Shown here piece by piece: positions 47,601-62,600 of a stretch of DNA of 64,000 nucleotides (position 1 is the stretch's first letter; each line of letters starts with the position of its first letter). This DNA is from Pecten maximus. Its lineage: Eukaryota. The notes below the pieces were generated by a model. It saw only the letters and a program-made list of their open reading frames with translations. It was not told where the DNA came from and ran no database searches. The stretch is from assembly GCF_902652985.1 (NCBI RefSeq), contig NC_047027.1, positions 6,758,001 to 6,822,000 on the forward strand. The letters are read 5' to 3'. The position numbers and the translations under genes were made by a program.

Positions 47601-50600
47601 AAGCATTTATACCCTAATGTTGGAATATCTTTCAGCAATCTTACATGATGTCAATTAATTTCTTACCAGTGAAAGGTATGAAATAATTTATTTGATGAAA
47701 AATTACATCAACTGCTTTGATATATCATCACATAGATTTTAGTATTGACCAATCAGAATGGCGCTTTCCATTCACTCTATTGAAATTGACAATTTTTCAG
47801 CCCAGACACAAATCTGGGAATGTAAGAAAAACGGTTGTTTTGCTTTACCTTTGTTGCATGTATGGCAGGATATATTCAACTGCATTTGATAACGGTTTTG
47901 TATCCAAAAATTAAAAAGTAACAACAGGAAATGCTGAAATAACAGCCCATTCAATATGGTCATCAGTCTCTCTTATTGCCATCAAGAGTAATGTCGTAAG
48001 AAAACTGTCAAAGCTTTTTTTTTACCAATTCCCACACTTTTCAATGCATAGATTTTTACTATATTTTCCTTTAAAAATGAAATGGATAACAAAATGTATT
48101 GTTTCTTTATTGCTGAATATCCAGGTTATTGATGCTATTCCTGTATGCCTCATGATGTATTGTCTATATAGATGTGAAGAGTCCTAGAATTTCAGTCATT
48201 GTCTGCAAAATTCTTGGAATTTGGCATCATGTCTTGAACGCCTTTCAATTTGGCATAAATACTTTGAAAAGTCCTTGAATTTTATTAAGCCTTTGGTATT
48301 GATATAAACTTGATTTAAAGGAGATATTCAAATAAATACTGTTTTTCTTAAAGCACATATTGTTTTCACTCAAAGAAATTGTTTGCTGCATTTTCCTTGT
48401 TTTTGGGTAGTGTGACAGAAAAATAAGATTTTATTTAAAACTTAATGCTATTTACTACATAAATATCACAGAAAAATAAGATTTTGTATAAAACTTAACG
48501 CTATGTACTACATTACTATCACTATATGTTACATAATTGAATTCCACCAAAAGTTTATCACAGCTACGGTCCTTGAAAAATCTTGGAAAAGTCTTAAAAT
48601 TGGAAAACTAAGAGTCTGTATGGTGTGATAGTATGCTCTGTGATAACCAGAATAAAATACTTGTGTACAGGTGATGCAGCCCGGACTGGAGGATATACAG
48701 CACGCTCTCAACAAAGCCACACAGATGGTAGTGGACATCAGTAAGGATGTGTACCAATGGGGACAGGACCGCTCACGACAGTTCACAACAGAACACAAAG
48801 AAACCAACTCTTTTCACCCTCATGGTGAGATATAGCTCAAAGTTCTTATGTCATAAATAACTGTTACAGATAGTTAACCCCAGGTTAATAAGGCTGAAAA
48901 GTACGGTATTAACAGTACCTGTCTGCGTGGGGCCATATCAAAATACACTATATTAATGGTAGATTCAAATCTACATGTTATCGTGAAGAAATCTGGTGGT
49001 TGCTGACTTGAATTTGCCAAATACAGTTTTTAATCTCAAGATATTTTGTTGGGATGTATAGATTTCACTCTCAAGATATTTTGTTAGAATGTATAAATTT
49101 CACTCTCAAGACATTTTGTTGGAATGTATAGATGAAGGTAGTTGAGGACAAAACCTGCATTTGTTTTTTTAACAAAATTTACTGCCAACTGCAATCAGAA
49201 AGATTCTGAACATTGTTTAAGTGTCAGGACCTTTATGATATAATTAGATTTGATGTATGCTGTATTGTTTATGTTCAGATCCATTGGCTCATATGACAAA
49301 ACTTCTGCCTCCCATACCACTAAAGAACTACCACAAGAGTATTGCAGACAACAAGGATGTGTCCAAGTATGTGATGATGATGTCATCCGCACTCAGTACA
49401 CTGAAGGCAGACATCATGGAGGCCCTACAGAGATACTCAGACTACGCCTTTCTATGGGAGAAGGATCGAGAGGAGGCTGTAACGGTTAGTATCACATACA
49501 TGTCTGACTCTCGAATCTTTGGTGTAGAGTTATTTAATGTTTCCATGTAGATAATGCATGTTATCAGTATCTTTCATTTAAAGTATTGTGTATAAATTAA
49601 ATGATATCAAGTTGATTTTTGTGGACAATGACATTGATGTAAGATTCTATTACAGCTGAACTCATGTCAGAGAAATATATATGTGAAAACTCTCACAATA
49701 ACTTTAATTACTAAAACAGTAACATGAAATCCTGATATGTTAAAGGAGCATTCCGTCGTTTATATGAGTTTATGCTATAAAGATAAAAATAAACTTGGTT
49801 CTTTTATTTTTCTCAACTGGTAAAGGTTATAAGCTTTAACATACATCACTCAAAGTCTGAAGATAACGCAAAGTTCTTCAAAATATAAGTTTTTGAAAAT
49901 GTAACTTTGACCTGAAGTACAAAAATTAATTGCCATGAACAACTATCAGTATGAGCATGCATAGACAAGTTCACGAACAGAAACAAAAACGAGGCTGTCC
50001 GAGTAAACAATTAGCTAATGGATCACTGAAATCGGAATCGTGAAAATAAGGTGTTTGTCTTATCTTGGTTCTAAATCTGTAGCCATTTCCTTCATTTACA
50101 TCCATGCACTGTATGTTTTGTTTGTAAACACTTATATGATATTACATCAATATTTAGAAATAGGTCACTGACCTAAATGTTTTACATCGCTGGGTTTTAT
50201 ATTTTCTCCTGATGTATTGTTTACTTGACTGATCTTTTAAATGTTGCTTTATTTCCGTCAAAGTTGCCTTGGACATATACTTACTTTTCAAGCATTTCTA
50301 GTTTCTTAACAATGGAAGCTTTTCAAGCATTTCTAGTTTCTTAACAATGGAAGCAATCATATTTCAGGAGTTTGTAGCAGAAGATCCCATTTTGTCAGAG
50401 TACAAAGCAAAAGTTGCTATGTTCAAGAAACTAGAAGACAACATTGAAGACATCCACACTTCAGAACAAGTGGGCGCTATCGAACTCTTTACAGGTAAAC
50501 AAAAGAAACTTTCACACAGCCAAATTTGTCCATGGAACTTGTCACAAGGGGATTTGCTTCTCTGGAAAAAATTGTTTCAGTGGTACTGTTTACTTAAACA

Positions 50601-53600
50601 TGTAAAAGTAGTGTGTCACCAGGCATTTCTCAAAACATGTTTGAGTAAAATCAGGTTTTTTAAGAGAAGGGCTTTTGACAAAGCTCATGGCCCCTGACCT
50701 ATTATGTCTTTGATGCCTAGTAACTTGTTCTTAACATTTCATGGTAGGTAATAACATTACTGAACACTTCTTAATGTGATAATAGACTTTGAGAAATATT
50801 ATCTTGATGCTTTTGAAAGCTATTTTAGTCATCTTTCAAGTTAAAAATTATGGCAGCATGTTTTGATTCTAACGTGATTTTCTGTATCCAGCACTTTAAT
50901 GACAGTTTGCTACTTGATTAAAGTGTGCTACTTAAACTTCCTTCTGTCAGTAAACCAATGATTAAAGTGTGCTACTTTAACTTCCTTCTGTCAGTAAACC
51001 AATGATTAAAGTGTGCTACTTTAACTTCCTTCTGTCAGTAAACCAATGATTAAAGTGTGCTACTTTAACTTCCTTCCGTCAGTAAACCAATGATTAAAGT
51101 GTGCTACTTTAACTTCCTTCCGTCAGTAAACCAATGATTAAAGTGTGCTACTTTAACTTCCTTCTGTCAGTAAACCAATGATTATAGTGTGCTACTTTAA
51201 CTTCCTTCCGTCAGTAAACCAATGATTAAAGTGTGCTACTTTAACTTCCTTCTGTCAGTAAACCAATGATTATAGTGTGCTACTTTAACTTCCTTCCGTC
51301 AGTAAACCAATGATTAAAGTGTGCTACTTAAACTTCCTTCTGTCAGTAAACCAATGATTAAAGTGTGCTACTTTAACTTCCTTCTGTCAGTAAACCAATG
51401 ATTAAAGTGTGCTACTTTAACTTCCTTCTGTCAGTAAACCAATGATTAAAGTGAGCTACTTTAACTTCCTTCCGTCAGTAAACCAATGATTAAAGTGTGC
51501 TACTTTAACTTCCTTCCGTCAGTAAACCAATGATTAAAGTGTGCTACTTTAACTTCCTTCCGTCAGTAAACCAATGATTATAGTGTGCTACTTTAACTTC
51601 CTTCTGTCAGTAAACCAATGATTAAAGTGTGCTACTTTAACTTCCTTCTGTCAGTAAACCAATGATTAAAGTGAGCTACTTTAACTTCCTTCTGTCAGTA
51701 AACCAATGATTAAAGTGTGCTACTTTAACTTCCTTCTGTCAGTAAACCAATGATTAAAGTGTGCTACTTTAACTACCTTCTGTCAGTAAACCAATGATTA
51801 AAGTGTGCTACTTTAACTTCCTTCTGTCAGTAAACCAATGATTAAAGTGTGCTACTTTAACTTCCTTCTGTCAGTAAACCAGTGATTAAAGTGTGCTACT
51901 TTAACTTCCTTCTGTCAGTAAACCAGTGATTAAAGTGTGCTACTTTAACTACCTTCTGTCAGTAAACCAATGATTAAAGTGTGCTACTTTAACTTCCTTC
52001 TGTCAGTAAACCAATGATTAAAGTCTGCTATTTTAACTTCCTTCTGTCAGTAAACCAATGATTATAGTGTGCTACTTTAACTTCCTTCCGTCAGTAAACC
52101 AATGATTAAAGTGTGCTACTTAAACTTCCTTCCGTCAGTAAACCAATGATTAAAGTGTGCTACTTTAACTTCCTTCTGTCAGTAAACCAATGATTAACCC
52201 TTTCGCTGCTAAACCGGCCGAAACCGGCTACAATCGTATTGTGCTAAACCGGCCCAATCCGTATGTGTGTAGCGTCACTACGTTGCTACCTAACCACAGC
52301 GGAAATGAGGTCACTATCGTCAAGAGTTTGTGTGAATTTGATCGATTGTTATTTCCGGTTTACAACCATGTAAAAGTTGACAAGAATTACGGCGAATAAC
52401 AGAAGTTTTTGAAGTTTTTATGACGAACTATGATACTTCATCAATGAATCATGGAGTCGTCTGACGAGTCTGACTTTGACGGGTTTGACGAACAGGACAT
52501 CGACGAGGCAAACGCGAGATGTATGTTAAAACAGCAAGAACTTGAACAGGTTGAATCATATAACGAATCAGATATTGATATTTCCGATAATTCTGATGAT
52601 GAGGAGGAGGATACTGCCGACTTCAGTGACAATGAAAACGAAAGTGAAAATGGTGGCGACCCATATTTAGACAATTTGAACTTTGAATGGACTCGTACAT
52701 TAACGGAGGTAATTTTGCCAGATTTCAATGAACCTACCGGAGTTAAACATGGCCTTCCGTCTGATGCAAACCAACTTCAGTATTTTCAAAGGTTTTTACC
52801 TCAAAGTTTCTTTGAAACTGTAGCAGATGAGACAAATAGATACGCTCAACAGAAAGGACCGGATCCAAGATGGACGCCGACATCGGCCGCGGAGGTAAGG
52901 GCTTTCATTTCAATAAACATTATGATGGGTGTGCGCCGGCTCCCTAGACTTGCGAATTATTGGAGCACTGATAAACGATTTTCAGACCCCTATATTAGCT
53001 CCATATTTCCAAAGAGTAGATTCCTCATCATGAATAGATACATTCACCTGCGTGACACCAGCAATGTTCCGGGAAGGAATGATCCCGACTATGACCCATT
53101 ATTCAAAGTGAGAAATATGATAGACTTGATAGTCCCCAAACTACAAGAAAACTACAATCCAGGGCAGAAACTTTCTATAGATGAAGGCATGATTGGATTT
53201 AAAGGAAGAGTTCACTTCAGGCAATACATGCCAGCTAAACCTACTAAATGGGGAATCAAAGTTTGGCAGATATGTGAGGCAGATACGGCATACTGTTGCA
53301 AGTTTCAAATATACACCGGAAAAAAACTTGGCGGGGATAGGCAGTATGGGCTAGGGTATGATGTAGTTTGGAGCTTGTCTGAGTCCTACCACAATCAGAA
53401 CAGACATTTGTACTTTGATAGATTCTTTTCATCAGTGACATTGGCTGAGCATCTAGAACTTGTGAATACCTATGTCTGCGGAACTATAATGTCAAATAGA
53501 AAAGGTGTTCCAGATGATGTAAAAAAAGCGAAACTGAAAAGAAGAGGGGAGCTTGTACAGATACAGAAAGGAAATCTGCTTGCTACAGCCTTCAAGGATA

Positions 53601-56600
53601 AAAGACAGATAACATTTTTGTCAACATCTGAACAGCCAAATATGAACGAGGATCTTCATAAACCTCACGTGAATGTCTCGTACAATATGTACATGGGCGG
53701 TGTAGATAAGTTTGACCAAATGGCATCCTACTATCCAGTTGGAAGACCAGGGAATAAGTGGTGGCGATATGTCATGTGGTATGTTGTGAACTTGGCTATT
53801 GTAAATGCCTGGATCTTATTTCAGAAAACAGAGAACAAAGATCCCCCACCGAAGAAATATTACGATCACCTACAATTCCGTGTGGATGTTGCTGATCAGC
53901 TGCAAGCAGGGTTTACCTGTAGGAAATACAGAGCAGGAAGGAGATCTAGAAATGATGAAAACATTCCTGTGCTTGGTGCCATCAACCATCATAAACTAGT
54001 GAAGATTGAGGGTCGGAAAAGGGTGTGTCGGCAATGTTCGAAACAAGGACGCAAAACTCCAAAGGGACGTGCAGTGGAGACATCATTCATGTGCCAATTT
54101 TGTGTTATGCCATTGTGCAAAGTTGGTTGTTTTACTGATTACCATGAGAGAAATTAATGAATTTTGAATGTTGACTTGTGTGAAAAGTGCTGAAAAGAAC
54201 AAAAAAACTTCACAAACTTGTTATTTTGCCATTTTGAAAACATTTACCTGTATCTTACCTGTTCTCGTTAACCTGTGTCTCACCTGATGAGGAATATTCT
54301 TGAAACTTACCTTACTAATATTTGAGGTTACCAGTACATCATGGAAGTGCATATTTGGAGGATATAAACACTCAAAGATGTTTTATGTAGGTATACAACT
54401 AAGAACTGAAGTTAAATATTTGTGCTTACTTACATGTTATATGTTGCTCATTTCATTACCTTACCTGAGCTTACCTGAGGTATATAATTAGTAACAAATG
54501 TGTAATTTTGTTCTTAGAAGATTACAGATTACTGTTATACTTAAAATAAGAATGATAACAAACACTTTCATTCATATCTGAGGCATTTAATAACATTTTC
54601 ATTAATATTTTACCTTTAATTAGTTGTTTCACCTGTATTATTTACAGGTTAATGAGAAAATACATGCAATATGAACATATGACCTTAATCAGTAGGTAAT
54701 TTGCAAGTAAAGGTCCAAATTTCAAAAAGATCTCATGGATATTTCAAAAGATATTGACATTTGAATAAAATGATTGAAAAATAAAAAATTTCAGTGAATT
54801 AATGTAAATTATACACATGTATACATTGTAACTAATGTGGCAATGAAAGGGTTAAAGTGTGCTACTTTAACTTCCTTCTGTCAGTAAACCAATGATTAAA
54901 GTGTGCTACTTTAACTTCCTTCCGTCAGTAAACCAATGATTAAAGTGTGCTACTTTAACTTCCTTCCGTCAGTAAACCAATGATTAAAGTGTGCTACTTT
55001 AACTTCCTTCTGTCAGTAAACCAATGATTATAGTGTGCTACTTTAACTTCCTTCTGTCAGTAAACCAATGATTAAAGTGTGCTACTTTAACTTCCTTCTG
55101 TCAGTAAACCAATGATTAAAGTGTGCTACTTTAACTTCCTTCTGTCAGTAAACCAATGATTAAAGTGTGCTACTTTAACTTCCTTCTGTCAGTAAACCAA
55201 TGATTAAAGTGTGCTACTTTAACTTCCTTCCGTCAGTAAACCAGTGATTAAAGTGTGCTACTTTAACTTCCTTCCGTCAGTAAACCAATGATTAAAGTCT
55301 GCTACTTTAACTTCCTTCCGTCAGTAAACCAATGATTATAGTGTGCTACTTTAACTTCCTTCTGTCAGTAAACCAATGATTATAGTGTGTTTCTTGCCTA
55401 TGTAATGAGATGTACCTTTACCATACTGTAGAACCTCTGAAGCTGGCCCTGAGGGTGGAAATCAAGGCCTGGAAGCTTCTGTTTGGAAAAGAACTCAACA
55501 GAAAATACCGAAGTAAAATGGAAGAAGTCATCAACTTCATAGATGACTACAGCAAACGTCTGGCTCGTCCAATCAGAGACCTAGAAGATGTGAGGGAGGC
55601 AATGGCTGCCCTTACCGACATCAGAGAAAATACCATACAGATAGACATGACATTAGGCCCTGTGGAGGTAAAATGATATGGGAGAGGGAGAAATTTTTAC
55701 TTTGAGTACATAATTGGGCTCAGAATCACAGCAAAGCCTCAGTTCAGATAGATATTTTATATCATTGGGTAGAATTTCCTTTACGACAAGGCAAACAGCT
55801 AATATGATGTATCCAGTCATTTTGAGATAAGGTCTCCTGATAATAGTTGGTGACTACATCAGTGAATAACATACTGAAGGCCCATCGCATGCCATCCAGA
55901 AAAATTAAGGTAAAATGTCTTGCCCTAGGACAACCATGACAGGAAAGAAAGGCACATTCTTAGCTTCCTTTGAAACACAAACCGACATTGATAGGGAGGG
56001 TTGAACTGCACATCTTTGAACTTCACCTGAGGTTACATGGCCAGCAAGCTATCACAGTCCCTCAACTTGATGTAACTAGTTAATATGAATGATTTATACC
56101 ATGTATAGTGTGTTTTGTGGAACATTGCTAGTTGTTTTATTTCAGGAATCCTATGCTATGCTGCATGATTTTGAGGTGACCATTCCCAAGGAGGAGACTG
56201 ATAAAGTGGACTCTGTCAGATATTCCTTCCACAAGCTCATTGCCAGCTCAGTAAGTTTTGTCATCACACTTCAATGGTGTGTTATCTATGGTATATATAC
56301 AGCTTCACACCGGGTCGTCTGGAAAATTCTTTTTATTTAAGATTGTAAGCAAGCAGATGAATGAAATATATTTGTAAGTTTTAAGATCACATTTACATTG
56401 AGAGTACTAGTGTCGCCACATGAAAAATTTCTGATCGGTTACTTCTTAGGAAAAATATTTGCCAGTGCAATGTAAACGTAAAGTTTAGTCTCTGCAGATG
56501 CTTGTTCTTTCTTTGTCTTCCAAAGACTAGGAGTGTTAATGATATACTTCCTTGAAATGTTGAAGGGTTGGTTTGTGTGATTGCATCATTATGTTTTCAG

Positions 56601-59600
56601 AATCAAATTCAAGATGAGCTTGTCAGTGTTCAGCCCGGCTTCAAGAGTGAGTTACTGGTGTCGGTGGAGGTATTCCATAAAGACGTTTCTGATTTCGGAC
56701 TCAACTACGACACTGTAGGTATTTCATATGGTCAGCCTATCAGATTACAGCTTCTTGACTTGTATTGATCTAATATTGTTCCTTAGAGATGTCATCATAG
56801 TGCATTTTATAATAGCAGTTTTGTTCATACCATCTAAAGTTATGTGTAAAGTAGTATGTTTTTGATGTAACTTATCCGATTTAAGTTGAAAATAGTTCAA
56901 CAATTGAAAAACTGTTGAAAATAGTTCCAAGTATACAGTAATCATTGATATCCGACCTCAAATTTTCTGTGCATTTAGATTGTTTTCCCAGTGATTTCAG
57001 TTTTCCTAACTTATGAAATATACATGTATATATTTTTGCAGGATGGTCCCATGTGTGAGGGCATCACTCCAACTGAAGCTAATGACAGACTGCAGGCTTT
57101 CCAGGTCTGTCTCATTACACACCTGATGGGTCACAAATTCTTAATATGTAAAAACATCTTGAAATGATAGTTAACTTTTAATATCAGTACTATTATATAC
57201 ATGAAATACCTGACATATCTTTAGTTAGAATTAAATTTATTTCACACATTAATATCAGACAATTATGCATTGTTAGGTAATCAAATTTTTTTAACAATTT
57301 CTAGAATCTAGTACCTTAATATAGTAAGGTAATAAAAAACTTTAACAATTTCTAGTATTTAGTACCTTAAGGTATTCACAAACAGGTTTAATTGAAACAT
57401 AAGGATTGGATATTGCCTTGGTCAATCTCATGGGGAGAATGATAATTTATGATTTTACTGGTACAGTATATTTTGACTATTGCTCATGTGTGATATATTG
57501 ATATCAAAGTAACCTTGTATTTACAGAGTCAGTTTGATGAGCTGTATGTATGGTATCTACAGTGTGTGATATACCGTATTTGACCTAATAAGGGCGCAGG
57601 GCGCGGGTAATTGACAGTGGGGGCGCCCTTATTAAGATGAGTTATTCTGAAGTTTTATAAAATAGACTATACCTTATAGCAGAATACCAAAGGTTGTGGA
57701 AACGGTAAAATATTCAGTCATAAAAATATCCCAGATGAAGATATCTATTCATTATCATATATTAAGCTTAAACATCACTTGAATACTCATGTAAACCTGT
57801 AAACCATGCCAGCTGATCTTTAGACCAGAGAACGTGTGTTCCACCATTTATGTTCAAATGGAACTCTTTTGTGTTCTATTTATAGAAACAGGTGATTTCC
57901 CAGATCATATCAGACATCGTTTTCTTTGACCTAATAATTGATTTACAATGTCTTTTACTAGCTTTCTGTTCTGAACAAAAGTTATTTATCAACAAGAATG
58001 AAGTCTTTACTTTATCTTCAAATAAAGATGGTAAGTTATAATTTGTATGTGTGTTTAGTTTTGGGTGCTCTTTGCACTGACATGTCATCTGTAGCCTGTA
58101 GGAATACACAAAATGTGGCGAAACATGTGTTCCAGTTACTTAATTTGCTGAAGAAAATTGAACACATAAAGTAGCAAAATATTTCACATGAATTATTACT
58201 TTTGAACACCATTTTGACACCATTTTGACACTCGGTCAAAGATTTATTTCCTTGAAAAAAGGTAGGGGCGCCCTTATTAGGTCAAATACGGTATTGATAT
58301 CAAAGTAACCTTGTATTTACAGAGTCAGTTTGATGAGCTGTATGTATGGTATCTACAGTGTGTGATATATAGATATCAAAGTAACCTTGTATTTACAGAG
58401 TCAGTTTGATGAGCTGTATGTATGGTATCTACAGTGTGTGATATATAGATATCAAAGTAACCTTGTATTTACAGAGTCAGTTTGATGAGCTGTATGTATG
58501 GTATCTACAGTGTGTGATATATAGATATCAAAGTAACCTTGTATTTACAGAGTCAGTTTGATGAGCTGTATGTATGGTATCTACAGTGTGTGATATATTG
58601 ATATCAAAGTAACCTTGTATTTACAGAGTCAGTTTGATGAGCTGTACAACAAGTATGGTATCTACAGTGCTGGAGAGCAGCTGTTTGGACTGACTGTGAC
58701 AGAGTACCCCAGTCTGATGAGGATCCGTAAGGAGCTTGGCCTGCTCCAGAAACTGTACGGCCTCTACAGCACTGTGATGACTGTAATCAATGGTTACTTT
58801 GACATTCTGTGGACAGAAGTGGACATTGAAAAGATCAATGGAGAACTGAGTGATCTGCAGAACAGGTAGGAAACATTGTAATATTGAAGGTATAGACTGA
58901 TGCATGCATTGTTTTATACAGATTAATGAATAAGTCAACAAGAGGTTTAAATTGCCTAAATAATTTCATTCTGTAATTATGATATTGTTCACAAAGATCA
59001 GTCTTGTTTGATTTCTAATAAGGAACAGATTTCATTAATATGTTTTCATTTCTTCTGCTAGGGACCAATCTGGTATGTCTGGCTTACTAAAATGTTTAAA
59101 GGGATTCTGGTTACATTCTAATAGCAGGACCAGGTTGTTCAAAGGGTGATTAGTCTAAACACAGTTAAACAAGAATTTTAAAATCCTGATTTTAAAGTAA
59201 AGGAGAAATGAGATTTTCACTAATCAAGCGATTAAGCTAACCATCCTTAGAACAACTGGGCCCAGGGAGATTCATCTATTACAAGAGTCCAGGTTTTGTT
59301 TGAAATGAAAGAGATGAAAACTAAAATTTATGTTGACATTCATTGTGTTCAGCATTTTTAGTAGGTATAAATCTCAAGTTTCTCCATATATGATTATGAA
59401 CGTTTGAAGGTTATATTATAAGCATTTGGGTCTACATACTAGATGTCGTCGACTGCCTAAAGCACTGAAGGAATGGCAGGCATTTCTGGAGCTGAAGAAA
59501 AAGATTGATGACTTCAGTGAGTCTTGTCCATTGCTAGAACTCATGTCCAATAAGGCAATGAAGGAGCGTCATTGGGACCGTATCGCCAAGTTAACTGGGC

Positions 59601-62600
59601 ACACATTTGATTTTGACTCAGAAAATTTCACACTCAGGGACATCATGAAGGCACCCCTTCTCAAATACAAGGAAGATATTGAGGTACAATGGTTTCATAG
59701 GATCCCACCATTATGGTTGATACCATGTATCACTGTCAGATAACCTACATATACAAAATATTTACTCTGTATTTAACAGCTACCCAGTGTTAAAGAAAGA
59801 TGCTAAATTGATCATTGAATGCATGTCATTAAAATGGAAAGATTTTAATTGATCCATAGTTCTCAGCAAAAAAATATTTGGCCACAAGTCTTCCACATTA
59901 CAACCAGCAAACACATACTGGGTCTTCCATAATTGTTAATTTTTGAATTTTCAATGTTTTCTCATCTTTTCTTTGAGAAATATCAACAGGAAAGTTGGTG
60001 TGAAACTCAAGTATTAGGTCTCTAATTTGTCACTTGATATATTCTGAAAGTAAACAAAATATCTTATTTTCTGTTTATTCACCAAATTCATATTTTTGAC
60101 ATCCATAGACCATGCAACATTTGATGTTTGTTATAAACATACAAATAACATACTGAATATTTACAGGATGTGTGTATATCTGCTGTAAAAGAAAAGGACA
60201 TAGAAGCTAAACTGGCTGTTGTTATTGCTGACTGGAACGGGCGAATACTGAGCTTCTCTAACTTCAAGGCTCGTGGGGAACTACTGCTGAAAGGTGGTGA
60301 GACTTCCGAGATCATTGCTATGCTGGAGGACAGCCTCATGGTTCTCAGCTCTCTCCTAAGTAACAGGTTAGTAAACAGAAATGTGTGGTTAAGTCCCTCA
60401 GGTAGTGAACTGGGATTCACATTTTTCGCAAGAAGAAGGTAACTTTCATGGAGAATTCAAAGTTACACCTAATAAACATATTACTTTCATAGTTTATTTA
60501 TAAATGAAGATTTAGTAAAATTTCAGTCCCAATATTTCGCTGCTGTTTTTGATAGAATTTTATTAAGATTTAGTAAAATTTCAGTCCCAATATTTCGCTG
60601 CTGTTTATGATATATCTAGTTCTTGTGATAATTACAAAATTAGATGTCAGTGCTATGCTGGAAAGGTTGAGTCCTGTAATATGATGAGACTATCATGTAT
60701 TACATGAGATTTATTGAGTAACTTGAGTAATGACTTCCCTGTACAGGTACAATGCCCCTTTTAAGAAGACTATACAGGAGTGGGTGGCCAAGCTGTCCAA
60801 TACTAACGACATCCTGGAAAACTGGCTCATTGTACAGAACCTTTGGGTCTACTTGGAGGCTGTGTTTGTGGGCGGAGACATTGCCAAACAGCTTCCACAG
60901 GTGTTTATTTAAAATCAAGATTGTACTTGCATGCATTTTGTAACAACCATATTATCAACTACTGTTATATTCATCACTGTATTAGCATTTTTTTTGTATG
61001 AACACGAACAAAACTGAAAAATATTTGGCAAGAAGGTATACTGGAAACAAATTTTGTGATGTCATAAATCCTAATACTTTCAGGAAGCCAAGCGATTCCA
61101 GAACATTGATAAGTCTTGGGTGAAGATCATGTTACGTGCCCACGAGGTCACCAATGTGGTGCAGTGCTGTGTAGGGGACGAGACCCTGGGGCAGCTATTA
61201 CCTCATCTACTGGAACAGTTAGAACTCTGTCAGAAATCTCTCACTGGGCAAGTATTGACTGTCAGAAATCTCTCCCTGGGCAAGTATTGACTGTCAGAAA
61301 TCTCTCGCTGGGCAAGTGTTGACTGTCAGAAATCTCTCGCTGGGCAAGTATTGACTGTCAGAAATCTCTCTGGGCAAGCGTTAACTGTCAGAAATCTCTC
61401 ACTTGGCAAGTATTGACTGTCAGAAATCTCTCTGGGCAAGTGTTAACTGTCAGAAATCTCTCACTAGGCAAGTATTGACTGTCAGAAATCTCTCACTGGG
61501 CAAGTATTGACTGTCAGAAATCTCTCACTGGGCAAGCATTCACTGTCAGAAGTCTCCCACTGAGCAAGTATTGACTGTCAGAAATATCTCACTTGGCAAG
61601 TATTGACTGTCAGAAATCTCTCTGGGCAAGCGTTAACTGTCAGAAATCTCTCACTGGGCAAGTATTGACTGTCAGAAATCTCTCAACAGGCAAGTATTGA
61701 CTGTCAGAAATCTCTCCCTGGGCAAGTATTGACTGTCAGAAATCTCTCAACAGGCAAGTATTGACTGTCCGAAATCTCTCCCTGGGCAAGTATTGACTGT
61801 CAGAAATCTCTCCCTTGGCTAGCGTTAACTGTCAGAAATCTCTCAATAGGCAAGTATTGACTGTCAATTGAATCAATACTGAGTATATATATTGGATGAC
61901 TATTATATAGTAAGCTCTTTACAATACTGGGTATGTCTTGTCTGAAATATCCATCATGTCATCAACAGTTCAAGCAGGCATATTAATTATGATTTGTTTT
62001 TGTTTTTTGGGTTTTTTTTTTTTTTAACTGATAACCATTTTGTTTTTCTTGCAGGTATTTGGAGAAAAAAAGACTGGTGTTCCCAAGATTTTTCTTTATT
62101 TCTGACCCAGCCTTGCTGGAAATCCTTGGACAGGCCAGTGATTCCCACACAATCCAGGTAGGAAGAAACTTAATATGTTAAACAATGCCCACCAGTGTAA
62201 CCTCTTCTGTTTACTCTGTACTTCTCTTATAATATGTCATATTGTTCTCCATGTAATTGCTAGTTTACTATGATTTAATTCAAAATACAATTCTTTGGAT
62301 TGACATATAAATAACATTGATTACAAGACATATAAATGTATTTGATTATTCTTTTATCCAGGCTCATTTGCTGGGAATATTTGAAAATGTGAATGAGGTC
62401 GAGTTCCACGAAAAGGATTATGACAGAATGATGGCTGTCGTCTCCAGAGAAGGAGAAAAGATTATGGTTGGTGACAGTTAAAGGGCTTATAACTCCACAG
62501 AATTATCATACACTTTGCTTATCTGTCAGCTGTGTTGTTTCATTTATCAAAATGTTACTGATTGAATTATCTCATGACTTGAGCTTCCAATTAAATGGCA

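Larger units (their letters stand above)
50916..55389. repeat. 44-bp intronic tandem array (~29 copies left, ~12 right) split by piggyBac
   Basis: Unit tgattaaagtgtgctactttaacttccttc(t/c)gtcagtaaaccaa. Confidence 0.95.

Noticed and set aside
49740-50330. Possible Kolobok-like MITE starting ttaaaggagcattcc
   Set aside because: No convincing matching right TIR or TTAA found.
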